From: Coniocarpon cinnabarinum
Taxonomy: Eukaryota
DNA: 36,019 nucleotides
Direction: 5' to 3'
Assembly: GCA_051942205.1 (NCBI GenBank)
Contig: JAVECO010000084.1
Coordinates: 62,001 to 98,019, forward strand
Both the position numbers and the translations under genes were made by a program. This document shows positions 1 through 9,616 of the stretch, one piece after another. The stretch's first letter is position 1. Each line of letters opens with the position of its first letter. The notes under the pieces were generated by a model. It was not told where the DNA came from. It was given only the letters and a program-made list of their open reading frames with translations, and ran no database searches.

Positions 1-589
1 CCACGAAACGAGACGTCCAATTGCCTGAAGTTGGGAACACCGGCGGACCACGCGATGATGACGCTCATCGAAGCCAACAGTATACACATTGAAGCAGTCT
101 CATAAGCCGTCACATCCCGAGGCAATTCAAGCTCGATGAAGTCGATCAGCTGACCACTTTCCTCGTCGCTGCCCAGGCTGTCTGCGATGCGTTTCCCGTT
201 ACTTCTGCCTCTTACTTTGTCGCCTCGTACAGGCTCCTTCACACCAAAGCGTAAGGAGCTCTGACGGCTGCGCCTTCACCAGTTTCTGCTATGGAATGGC
301 ACGATGCAATAGCTGCAGTCATTCCGTGCACAGTGATGCGTCATTGGCAGCTCCACTGGTAAATCGCAGTCTCGCTGGCAGCGCTACTTTACTCCTTCAA
401 ATCCGTCAAGTTTAGGATGCTTCCTTGACCTGCCGATCGTAGCTGTCGATACGATGAAACGACATCAACAAACGCCTCGCAATAGCAAACTGAGACGCCG
501 CCAAACACGCCCCAACTCCCCACGCCCTCCCTCTTCCTTGCACGTTCCGTTCAAGACAACCCTCGTCAATTCTGCCTCATTCTGGGCTA

Positions 590-904
590 CTAGAGCTGAC
601 GCTTCTTGAAAAAAGCTCTCCATATTCTCCGCCATCCATGTCCAAGGTATCTTGCGCACTCGTCGCAGGTTAGGTAAGACCATCCACAAATGTGATTGTC
701 TTCAGCGTAGCATTTTCTGTGCGCTAGGTAATAAGGGCATCGCACTGTTGAGTCCGTTTTCCAGCCGACTCGACGGTCGCAGGCGGTGCATATACTGTAT
801 GTAGTTAAGCAAACATAATGCAGGCTGTCATTATGCGCAGGAGATGCGCACAAGAGCAGTGAAAAGGAGATCTCGTACACTTCAATCAAACTGTATGTAC
901 ACAT
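590..904 (-). CDS. Cys-rich MC-type microprotein, copy A (76 aa spliced; intron 878-795)
   Basis: An 84-nt intron (GTACGA...CTTAAC..TACAG) follows codon 8 + 2 nt. The spliced product is MCTYSLIEVICTAC-x13-C-x8-C-x14-CDEC plus a basic tail (WRRIWRAFFKKRQL), matching the family pattern C2/C11/C14. Confidence 0.7.
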   Translation of the reverse strand: MCTYSLIEVYEISFSLLLCASPAHNDSLHYVCLTTYSICTACDRRVGWKTDSTVRCPYYLAHRKCYAEDNHICGWSYLTCDECARYLGHGWRRIWRAFFKKRQL

Positions 905-1486
905 GAGTGTCTGATTCGCAGAGACTCGTCTGTGGTAGGCTTTGCTTTGACGACTTTGTGGACCTCAATGAACCAGCTGTTGCGTACTTCAGCTGTCTCG
1001 CAGTGGAGATGGTGCAAGCTTGGAGGAGGAAGATGAAGGAAAAGAAAAAGAGGAAGGATGAGCTGCGAAGCCAAGTATGCAAGCGGGGCCTGCAAACGCC
1101 GCCAGGTGCCTACATCAACTTGCATGGATGAGCGAACTGGGCCATGTGTAACATTCATTTCCAGTTTCAACACTTGGCCAGGCGTCACCTACGTCACGTA
1201 CGCCCAACGTCTGACCCACTTCCTCACAAACAGAAGAAGAAGGAGAAGCTGACGCACGGTTGCAGCAAATTTTCAGCAGCTCGTAAGAACATGCTCAAGC
1301 GTGCCCTGTGCTAATCATATGGAGAAATAGCAAGAGCCATGGATGGCGACGCATTCACATGGACCATCTCGATCGCCTCGAAACGGCTTTGATCATCCGA
1401 ATCATCCACGTCCCTGAGTCCTTCCCGCTCCTCCACAAGCATTGATGGCACACTGGCGAATTAATCGAGAGAACTTTGGACAATTC

Positions 1487-1797
1487 TCAATATCTTCGAC
1501 CATAGTAACCCTGGTACTGGTTGCAAAATCCACCATAACGTTTAGATTGACCCATCCATTGAACGCAAGGTTGTCCCGCGAGCCACCGAGAGCAGCGCAC
1601 CGGGGGTAGGTAAAAGTGTCGGTGAATGATGCGATAACATATGAACAGGAGCTGTCGCGACTGATTAACGCATGTCAAGACGCAATGCACCTCGAAGGAG
1701 TGCGAAGAAGATTATATGCGTAGGTGAAGTGTAAAAACATAATGCAAGGGGTGTGGAAGTTAATTGCTTATATTACTGCAACGTCATATCTGCACAT
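1487..1797 (-). pseudogene. Decayed or aberrant MC-type microprotein, copy B
   Basis: It starts ATG TGC (MCRYDVAV). At the family donor position (codon 8 + 2 nt) the sequence is ATAAGC instead of GTAAGC; the acceptor CAG ends at 1652. Downstream it reads C-x14(..PPVR)-C-SRWLAGQP-C-x13-CNQY, with the last Cys as TAC. A GTAATA donor at 1776 would give an open in-frame product with fewer Cys. Confidence 0.5.
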
Positions 1798-2665
1798 TTT
1801 CGTTTGATGGATACAGACAGATGTCTGGGGCTGTGGTGCGCAATACTTAGGACTCTACAAGGAGCTGCATTGAGTGCAATGGCTCTTTAGAAGAAGACTG
1901 AGTGATCTGGCATTGGACCAAACTGGTCTTGCGCAAAAGAGTAACAAGTGAGGGACTTTGTTGCTCGATTTCATGCCGACAAAAACTCCACTTGATATTG
2001 AAAACAACGAATGCAAATCAGGATTCCTGCTTGCAAACGTCGTTTATCGATACCAACTATCGTCATGTGTAACTGACGGACAAGCAGGACGATTTAAGCA
2101 TCCCCAGGCAGGCTATGGCTCACATTGTCATGAGCGATGGAATCGGCCAACCCCAGAACCTTCGTATGTCTACTACTACTCCGTACGTATGTCCGCTACT
2201 ACGTTACATGAACAGGCACCACGACGATCTCGTCTCCCGCTGCCACCCCATCGGCCTTTGCACAGCTCATCAGCACCTCATGTCTCAGAGATAGATCTCC
2301 GTACAAGACTTTGACGTACCTGCCATGACTTCCGTAATGCAACGACGGCTCTCTTCTCGGAAAGGTCAGTACTTATGCCTGGTGGCGATTTCTGCCTCCA
2401 TTCGTGGCTCACCCTGTGACATTTGGTTGTTGTGACGGCCTTGATCTTCGGTCCTAGTCAGTGCTGCGACACTTGGGAATGTTCTGAGCTTCAGAGTCTG
2501 ACTTGCCTCCTGCTGCTTCGCTGTTCTGGTCTTCACACATTTGTCAGCCCCGCACCAGCTGGGAAACCTCTTGCGCAAGGGCTCAACTTACCTCCCTCCT
2601 TTTCGATCCCTTTGATGACGCGACCGCTTTGGTTGCGATGGCACTTTTCTGAGCCATTATCAGCA

Positions 2666-2941
2666 CTACGAGTCCCACGGGCTTATTCTATCAAGAAACT
2701 CGACCCACCCTCTGCGATTCTCCGCGTTCATACGATCACGACAGCTATCGCACCAGAAATTTTTGTCTTCAAGAAAGCGGTACTCTGTTATAGGCTCTTC
2801 ACACAATTTCGGAGCTTCCGGTGGAGATCGTGGGCAGAGCTCGACGGAGTGGTCGTCATATTTCGAGGCTGCGCAGCGCCCATCCTGGTTCTGTGAATTC
2901 TTGCCGTTGCACAATTGTCGATACTCAGTAAGTTTGCACAT
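2666..2941 (-). CDS. Cys-rich MC-type microprotein, copy C (91 aa)
   Basis: MCKLTEYRQLC-x11-C-x12-C-x10-C-x16-CDSC-RDRMNAENRR. All 7 family Cys are present, and the ATG context is good (AAAAATG). Confidence 0.7.
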   Translation of the reverse strand: MCKLTEYRQLCNGKNSQNQDGRCAASKYDDHSVELCPRSPPEAPKLCEEPITEYRFLEDKNFWCDSCRDRMNAENRRGWVEFLDRISPWDS

Positions 2942-3263
2942 TTTTGCGAGCGTGGAGTGCGTCTCTTGGCGAATCGGACGTTGAGGACTTTTAGGCTATA
3001 GCAGCAGTTTTCAAGTTGTCTGAGAAGCTTTCCTCAATGCTGGCAAAGACACAACGGAAATGACTGGCTGAAGAACTTGGCAAATGGAGCCTGTACTGGT
3101 TAAGGTTATCATCACCTAATACTTCGTTGGAAAGAGCTTACGTGCCCGAAGGGGTGATGGAGAGGACCTCGCAAGGGCTCTCGACAGGGAGCTCGTGACT
3201 GAAGACATCAAGGTTCTTTCTCAATATCAAAGGACTTAATAGCTATGATGTTGGAGCCAATCG

Positions 3264-3371
3264 TCATGTGGAACATCGGACAGGAAAGGTAGACGCCTTG
3301 TAATTTCGCAAACAATGGGTCGCATCACAGGAAACGATCCAAGCGACAAACTTGCACACGAACACACACAT
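3264..3371 (-). pseudogene. Truncated MC-type microprotein, copy D
   Basis: It reads MCVFVCKFVAWIVSC-DATH-C-LRNYKASTFPVR-CST*. This gives C-x8-C, then C-x12-C ending in the PVRC motif shared with copy B. A premature TGA lies at 3266-3264 and further stops follow. Confidence 0.5.
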
Positions 3372-3714
3372 GCCTTCACACATGTGATCGCACTTACATC
3401 GTCAAATGGCAGTCAATCTAATGAATGTCACTGTTCTAGAACTAGCTTGGATGACTCATGCGAACCAAAAGATTGCTCAGAAGTCGCACAGAGCTGCGTT
3501 TGCAGATTTTCTTGAGAGCGCTAACAGCGTTTGTCAGTGTCACTTCAAGATCTGTTTCGAGGCCATCGTCTTCGAAACACTATCCTCTCCTTGCGCTGTG
3601 CTTCAGGATGTTCTTCGTTTGCCTGCACCATATCAACGACTCTCCTCTCCGCGATCCCTCACGAGCCCTCTGTCCGATCAACGAGAAGATCAGTCCCCCT
3701 CGTATGATGCAGGA

Positions 3715-4005
3715 ATGTGCTTGCAAGATTACATACGAATGTATGTAAAACTCTGCCTCAATGCAGTCACGACCCATCTTATGATCCTTACGAACGCGTG
3801 CAGGAAGTGCCAATCGTGCCCAGAAACTCGAAAACACTACACACGTTTTGGTTACTGCGAACGCAGACTCGACGGCCAACTCTGTCAAATCAAGTACCGC
3901 AAGATCAGTGAGAAATGGCGTCGTTGTCGCTGGTGTTCGCATCTTCAGCAGAAACGACGACTAGAATGGGAACGGCAAGAGGAGAAGAGACGAGACGCCT
4001 ACTAG
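3715..4005 (+). CDS. Cys-rich MC-type microprotein, copy E (75 aa spliced; intron 3741-3803)
   Basis: A 63-nt GTATGT...TGCAG intron follows codon 8 + 2 nt, the same position as in copy A. The product is MCLQDYIRMKCQSC-x12-C-x8-C-x13-CRWC-SHLQQKRRLEWERQEEKRRDAY. Confidence 0.75.
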   Translation: MCLQDYIRMYVKLCLNAVTTHLMILTNACRKCQSCPETRKHYTRFGYCERRLDGQLCQIKYRKISEKWRRCRWCSHLQQKRRLEWERQEEKRRDAY

Positions 4006-4075
4006 AGACACCTAAGAGGCGCTGGTCCTAAAATCGTGTGGAAATCCATCAGAGGTACCTTGTCAGGAGGGCTCA

Positions 4076-4134
4076 GGGGCACAAGTGGGGCGCAGATTCG
4101 GGGCGCAAATTCGGGGCGTAAGTGCGAGGCGTAC
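4076..4134. repeat. Degenerate 13-bp tandem repeat (GGGGCGCARATTC-like, about 4 units)
   Basis: ggggcacaagt|ggggcgcagattc|ggggcgcaaattc|ggggcgtaagtgc|gaggcgtac. Confidence 0.55.
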
Positions 4135-4858
4135 AACCAGTGTGCAGTACCGGGACATGAAACAAACCAGCGCAAAAAATTGGTCACCAAGGTTTTGATG
4201 CGATTCTCTGGCGCAAGATATGGTGTAACAGTCACGCTGTCAAGGTCGGCGCTCGACATGCGCACTTGAACGTGCCTATAAATTCGTGTCAGGGTTTCCC
4301 TACCGCAAGACTATTTCAGAAGCCTCACTCCCGATTTGACCACAATACCTGGTGCTGGAACGTAAGTATAGTCTGCTTCTATCAAGAACTGGCACGTAAC
4401 ATTGACCGGTCGAAACGAGTTCCTGGGTATTCCCATCTCACAAACATGGTCACTCCGGAAAATTACGTTGGGTTCGCGAAGACAAGTTCAAGGCAAAGGA
4501 GGCTAAAAGCCTTTGATCGATACGTTGATCTCAAAGCTGCGCTGTCCTCTCGTGAGTACCATCCGCCCGTTGCTGTTCATTGGCCGGTCGTACTACTGTT
4601 CGTCTCCAAAACTGAGCCTTTTCTTCGAGATGAGCGGGCGAGCTCAGGGGTAAGTTGGGAGCTGTTTCAAGAACGTTCAGAAACTCTTGGTGAGCTTTAG
4701 TATTTAATGACTGGTGAAGGATGTCGCAGCCATCGCAGCCATCGTAGCGTCAGAGCGGTGATCAAAGTCGTGGCAGGTGAATTATGCCGTTTCTTGAATA
4801 GTGCTTGCGAAGTTTCGATGCTGAACTAATTGTGTAAAAAGACTATCGCAGCCCCGAT

Positions 4859-5044
4859 CTAGAACGTCCTGCACGAACATGTGAAATATTGGCACTCCTG
4901 AGCAGCAACGACGAAACCAAAGCTGCTGCAGCGTGAAATGTCGCCCGCACTGAACCTGGCTTTTCCTGGGCTATTCTCTCTTCCTGTTTGGCTGTTGCAC
5001 ATGACGATATTGACGGCCAAGTATTCACATGCAGCCTGATTCAT
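4859..5044 (-). pseudogene. Possible decayed MC-type copy
   Basis: The ORF contains CEYLAVNIVMC...ISRCSSF...QECQY. The sequence atgtgaatac looks like ATG TGT GAA TAC missing 2 nt. There is no intact terminal CxxC. Confidence 0.25.
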
Positions 5045-5229
5045 TTTCTCCGTTTGCCGCAGGAGTTACTCAACAATTCATCCACAAGTAATTGTAATTA
5101 CTTTATCCGTCATGCTCTCCTACGGATGTTTTATTTTGCCTCCTTGGAAAGCAAGTCAACTATCCTGTTGAGACTCTACCTTTATACTCGCTCTTACGCA
5201 ACACCTTAGCGTGCACAAGATATTCACCC

Positions 5230-5464
5230 ATGTGCAGATACATCGTCCGATACCCCTCCTGCATGTCTCAACGATACGTTAATACGCGAGAGATAATATG
5301 CAGTAGATACCCGTGGTGTGAGGCATTCTACAATACACGATACGAAGGATGGTACATCTGTAGTCGTTGCCGTCATGAGCAGCGCAGAAGGCGGTATGTT
5401 AAGTATTTCTTGCAACAGGCATTGATACGACGGCTGATGCTAACGTGTCGTGTGCAGAAGATAG
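5230..5464 (+). CDS. Cys-rich MC-type microprotein, copy F (56 aa spliced; intron 5394-5457)
   Basis: MCRYIVRYPSC-x12-CSRYPWC-x13-CSRC-RHEQRRRRR*. A canonical GTATGT...GCTAAC...TGCAG intron leads to CG|A AGA TAG. It is a clear paralog of copy G. Confidence 0.7.
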
Positions 5465-5822
5465 AACGTCTTGAAGTGGTGTCGACTCAAGAGGACAATC
5501 TGCTGCAAGAAGCGACATTATGCCTGCGCGAGACGTGCGTCTTTCCACTTATGTTTGTTGTTGCACATGACGGTACTGAGAGCCAGGTAAGCAAACATCC
5601 AGCGTGCTACATTGTCGTCGTTTGCGATGCATCTGCCTGTCCTTGTGGGCAGTATTTAACGATCCTCTCTCATACCTATCTGCAGCTAGCGTACCAACTT
5701 CCTCCATTATAGTCCCTGGATAAACGTCCACTGTGCCAGTCGCGAAAACAAGTCACAGATACTGTGCGAAACCGTTTTCTCTTTACGTATTGGCAAAATA
5801 CCTGGTCATACTGTGGGATACC

Positions 5823-6032
5823 ATGTGCAGACACATCCAACTGTTCGAACGCTGCACACGCTATCCTAGCTGCCCGTCGTTTCGATACATTAGCACAACC
5901 TCGGTGCGATGTAGTATATACCCCTGGTGCGACGAAGGGGATATCGAAAGTATCTATGAAGGATCGTATCTATGTCGTACTTGTGGTGGTGGTGGTGGTG
6001 GTGGTGGTGCAACCACGGGTAGGCAGTTTTGA
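5823..6032 (+). CDS. Cys-rich MC-type microprotein, copy G (69 aa if unspliced; 3' end uncertain)
   Basis: MCRHIQLFERCTRYPSC-x12-CSIYPWC-x14-CRTC-G8. It is similar to copy F at both DNA and protein level. A candidate tail intron lies at 6019-6079 (GTAGGC...CTGAC...TATAG). Confidence 0.7.
   Translation: MCRHIQLFERCTRYPSCPSFRYISTTSVRCSIYPWCDEGDIESIYEGSYLCRTCGGGGGGGGATTGRQF
5985..6008 (+). repeat. (GGT)8 microsatellite encoding poly-Gly in copy G
   Basis: Eight perfect GGT units follow the terminal CxxC codons directly. Confidence 0.95.
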
Positions 6033-6921
6033 TAGAAAAATCATCAACTAGACTGACGGTATTGACGATTCATTTATAGAAGGTGATACGTCATGGAGCA
6101 GCACCTACGAGATGCATGGCGCGCGGAGGCCAAAGCGAGGAATTTCACCAGAGAGCTCGTGTGTCGAAAGAAAGCGCCATGTGAGGGAGGATCTTACTGC
6201 GGACGGCGTCAGCGCGGTGGCAGGTACGTTCAGTGTTGCAGAAGGTTCGAAGACGCAATTTACTCGATTGACGATATGTGAGAAACCTGTCATGAGCTCC
6301 GCCTCAAACCTGATCACACTGCGCCAGCCTATAGTCGACAGAAACCCCTTAAGCAGCTGTAACAATGTAAGTGACGCTTGTTTGGGGCTCTAGGTGAACG
6401 TGGCTCAAAGGTTGGCGATTCATTCGGTCTTAGCAGCTAGCATACGGCTCGACTTGGCCAAATCAGACTCAGTATTCTGGCTCCTGTTGCGTGTGAAGAG
6501 ATCTAGTCATGGGGCCAGTTTTGATGTACCCTAGGTGTATTTGACTAACTCTCAAAACGTTAACGCCGTCCCGCCCAGCTTTCTGTCCATGTGTTACTAT
6601 CCGCGTTTGCAATGATATCATGACCTCCAAACGCACTGAGCTTCATGCAACGTGCAAGCCTCATACGTGACACGAGGAGGCCGTGCCCATCCGCTAGACA
6701 ACTTGGCCGTGGGTCGTCGTTCGCTTAGAGTGTTTGTCGTTCCACATGACGATTGTCGAGAAGGTTCATTGAGGCTGTGTCTCAGCGTCGTTTGCAAGTC
6801 AATCCCACTTTTCCCTCTCTCACTTCCCTTAATCCATCGCGCAGGACCCACGTTTCGACCCGCGCAACTGCAAGTACATCGCAGAGACGTATTGCAATCT
6901 TAGGACCATCGAACGGCGGCC

Positions 6922-7092
6922 ATGTGCCAGACGAACAAGGAACGACGCCAGTGTCGCGTTTGCAAAAGGACGACCGACTATGTGCTGACGACTCATCGTT
7001 GTCCTCAATATCCGCACTGTGTCCCGCGCAAAGGCGGAAAATATACCATTGAAGACACTTGCGAAGTGTGCAGTTATAAAGATGCCTCGTAG
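6922..7092 (+). CDS. Cys-rich MC-type microprotein, copy H (56 aa, below the ORF-track cutoff)
   Basis: Manual translation gives MCQTNKERRQCRVCKRTTDYVLTTHRCPQYPHCVPRKGGKYTIEDTCEVCSYKDAS*. It has all 7 Cys, a GCCATG context, and CxxYPxC as in copies F and G. Confidence 0.75.
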   Translation: MCQTNKERRQCRVCKRTTDYVLTTHRCPQYPHCVPRKGGKYTIEDTCEVCSYKDAS

Positions 7093-7910
7093 GTGAAGAG
7101 CTCAGATCGTTGTACTTTGACGTCCCGACACTGACCATGGTCGAAAGAGATTCATTGGAGGAAACACAGATCCCGCGGCCAGTGAAGAACGGCTGCTGCG
7201 CGTTGATTCGAGCCCAAGAAGAGTCTTTGGACTCCGCGACTATGCCATGGATGTGTATGAATGAACACTACAACCGTTCAGCGCCCGATTAACACCACTC
7301 TTCCGTACGCAAGGTCCATCGTCAAGAACACGTTACTTCAAGCAGCAACTCCTCAATACTAACGAGGGTCCTCGTCTACTCTATCACAAGATATAAGCTG
7401 CGTAGGGAGACGTTTGGAGAGTTGTTCATGCAGTCCACTTAATTCAGAATAGGCTGCTTTTGATGAGTGTTAGAATAAATGACTGAATAATGAACCGTCG
7501 CTCGCGCTCATGCGCTTGCCAGATAACGCTTGTTGCAGTTTTAGTACCTCCGGAGCTGCAATCACAAAATGCCCAGCACTGGGCCCTCCCACCTCAGCAC
7601 TGCAGGCGTCCACCTCTCACTTCCAAGAGGTGATCAGGGCGGCCGTCAGCAGCACATCAGCAGACCAGGTTCCGGTGCCAGCTACGGCCAAGAATCCGTA
7701 AAATTGTGCCTTCTTTGCAGCGTTTGCTTCCAGGTACTAAAGACACGAGCGCCCTTCTCTTCAGGTCGATTTCTTTTTTCCTCCTCAATTCCTCCGACCA
7801 TTATTGCTAAAGACTAGGTTAGTTCTTTGCCCCCTGGCCGGGTGGCTAAGCTGAAAACGATCCTAGCAGAGTACACATAAGCCGCGGAGTCGCGTACTTA
7901 ATCGATAACC

Positions 7911-8114
7911 ATGTGTAAATATCACACTACATGGTTGGGACACAAGTGCAGACACTATGAGTCCCACGAGACTCATTGTATTCCATGCAACAAGCCACGC
8001 TGTCGAAAATCAAAGGTTGTCAATTTCAAATTGGAGCTTCACTTTCTATGTTCCGAATGTGAACAGCAGCGAAAAGTGCGTCAAGATCGACGTCGTAGGC
8101 GTCGTGAAGTGTAG
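7911..8114 (+). CDS. Cys/His-rich MC-type microprotein, copy I (67 aa)
   Basis: MCKYHTTWLGHKC-x12-C-NKPR-C-x15-CSEC-EQQRKVRQDRRRRRREV, with an ACCATG context. His occupies position 11, where other copies have Cys. Confidence 0.7.
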   Translation: MCKYHTTWLGHKCRHYESHETHCIPCNKPRCRKSKVVNFKLELHFLCSECEQQRKVRQDRRRRRREV

Positions 8115-8319
8115 GTCAAATAGCGTTAGCCGATGGGCGATATGAAAGCAACGGGAAGCGCTGTACTAAAATTACGAGCAGGAAGCGTCTTCTTCGCATT
8201 GTCATGGACCCTGGATCGTGCTCCTGATTACGCCAAATGGTGCGAAGAGCAACGGTATTGATGCTACGAACCAACGCTGAACATGCAGCAGTTTCAATTA
8301 AACGCCACCTGTCGAATCC

Positions 8320-8643
8320 TCACATGAGACAACATCGACTGTTAGACTTGTGAGAGTGACGCCGTCTTCTAGCTATGTGTGTTAGCAACGAGGAGACAAC
8401 TGGGTCAAGATGTACTTGCTCTTGCCTGAGAGCCTGTTGAGCTTCATTTGTATTGCACTCATTGCAAATCCAAGTCAAGAATTTTGTCTTGATTGGTGAG
8501 CCGACGATGATATTGTCGTGACTATGCGCCACTCGGCGTGGTCCTTCTTGTTCTTGATGACGTCTTTCACACTTCCTGAGTTCTTTTTCTGCTTTTTGAT
8601 GACATCTCTCGCACTCCCAAACTTCTCTTTCCAACAGGCGCAT
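8320..8643 (-). CDS. Divergent MC-type copy J (5 of 7 Cys; 107 aa if unspliced)
   Basis: MRLLEREVWECERC has C11/C14 in register, followed by x10-C...WICNEC and a helical tail. Codon 2 and the expected fifth Cys are CGC rather than TGC. A candidate tail intron runs from 8415 to about 8373 (GTACAT...GCTAAC...TAG). Confidence 0.5.
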   Translation of the reverse strand: MRLLEREVWECERCHQKAEKELRKCERRHQEQEGPRRVAHSHDNIIVGSPIKTKFLTWICNECNTNEAQQALRQEQVHLDPVVSSLLTHIARRRRHSHKSNSRCCLM

Positions 8644-9616
8644 GTGTTGGCTTCCAGACAGAGATGGGGCTTGGTGTGAGCAGTGGAAGAGGACAGCAAA
8701 GGCCTCCCAGAGTAGTGCTTACTGCACTATGATTCAGCGTCTTATCACTGACAAGGGGCTATCGCCCTTGTTCTCGCGGGTTTGTGACCTGAATTGTTCT
8801 TATCGCACAGGCTCGTTGCTTAGGCTGGGATCTGGCAACGACTTTTGTCCGTGACCCTCACGTTACAGTGTGGAGATCTTCCAAAGCGGTTTGATAGCAG
8901 TGGTCTTCGCGATTGCGACTCCTGCGACAGTTACGCTCGTGAATCGGTGCAATTGATCAAGGCACGCGTGTCGAGTCGAGATTCCCACGTGGTCCAGCCA
9001 CGTCTAGCTATTTCTAGAGCGCTGAGCGAGAGGCGTGGATGATATAATGCATTCCGGCTCGGCTACCTGCGCCCAAGGCTGGCCACGGTGTCGGCGCCGA
9101 GGAGCGACGTTGCATATCATCGTCGCTTTTCGTTAGTTGTGAATGCCGCCCCGGGAGAAAGTCGGTCAGGGACACTTCACAGGCTGCGATGCTCAGAGCC
9201 GCGTTTCTAGAAAGGGGTAATAGCCGGTAAGTCAGTTTGCTCAGGAAAAAGCGACAAATGATGGCAGTTGGTGATTGGCTTGACACTGGTGTAATTGAAG
9301 CCGTCTCGTGAGTAAGTGCTTCATCCTAAGACTTCGCTAGTCAAAGTGTCTCATTATCACCCCAACATGATTTCCCTGCACATGTTGCTTAGCAAAGCAT
9401 TACCAAAGTCGTGGATTTCAAGAGAGGCTCATAGAGGCAGACCAACAGGAAATGTTGCGCTCAATGCCATTCCAGGGTGTTGCTAATCAGGAAATCGCAT
9501 GTAGAATTTTTGTATCTCCTTTCTATGACTAGAAAGTTTGTACCCGCTCGAACCTATCGTTCCTAGATGACCACCGCGCCGAAGTATCCTGATGTTCTCT
9601 AGCTGTGGCGTTGTAC

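Noticed and set aside
1144..1314. GCCATG-TGT ORF MCNIHFQFQH...GCSKF...ALC* as another family copy
   Set aside because: It has only 3 Cys, with no C11 and no terminal CxxC. It could be a relic but is not supportable.
1958..2330. 118-aa ORF with an intron-like GTATGT...AACAG segment (2164-2215) and an ATG TGT AAC TGA start
   Set aside because: No splice or frame combination gave a recognisable or family-like protein.
3406..3714. N-terminal 103 aa of the 199-aa track ORF
   Set aside because: The family pattern and the shared intron position place the start at ATG 3715, so the upstream openness is probably incidental.
5465..5712. C-terminal part of the 160-aa track ORF, including CYIVVVCDASAC
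   Set aside because: A canonical intron ends copy F at 5464. The Cys fragment resembles copy D only weakly.
6589..6800. MCYYPRLQ* followed by scattered Cys fragments in different frames
   Set aside because: It needs several frameshifts and stop read-throughs to fit the family.
7510..7817. ORFs containing LCSVC as a possible family tail
   Set aside because: There is no MC start and no upstream Cys spacing.
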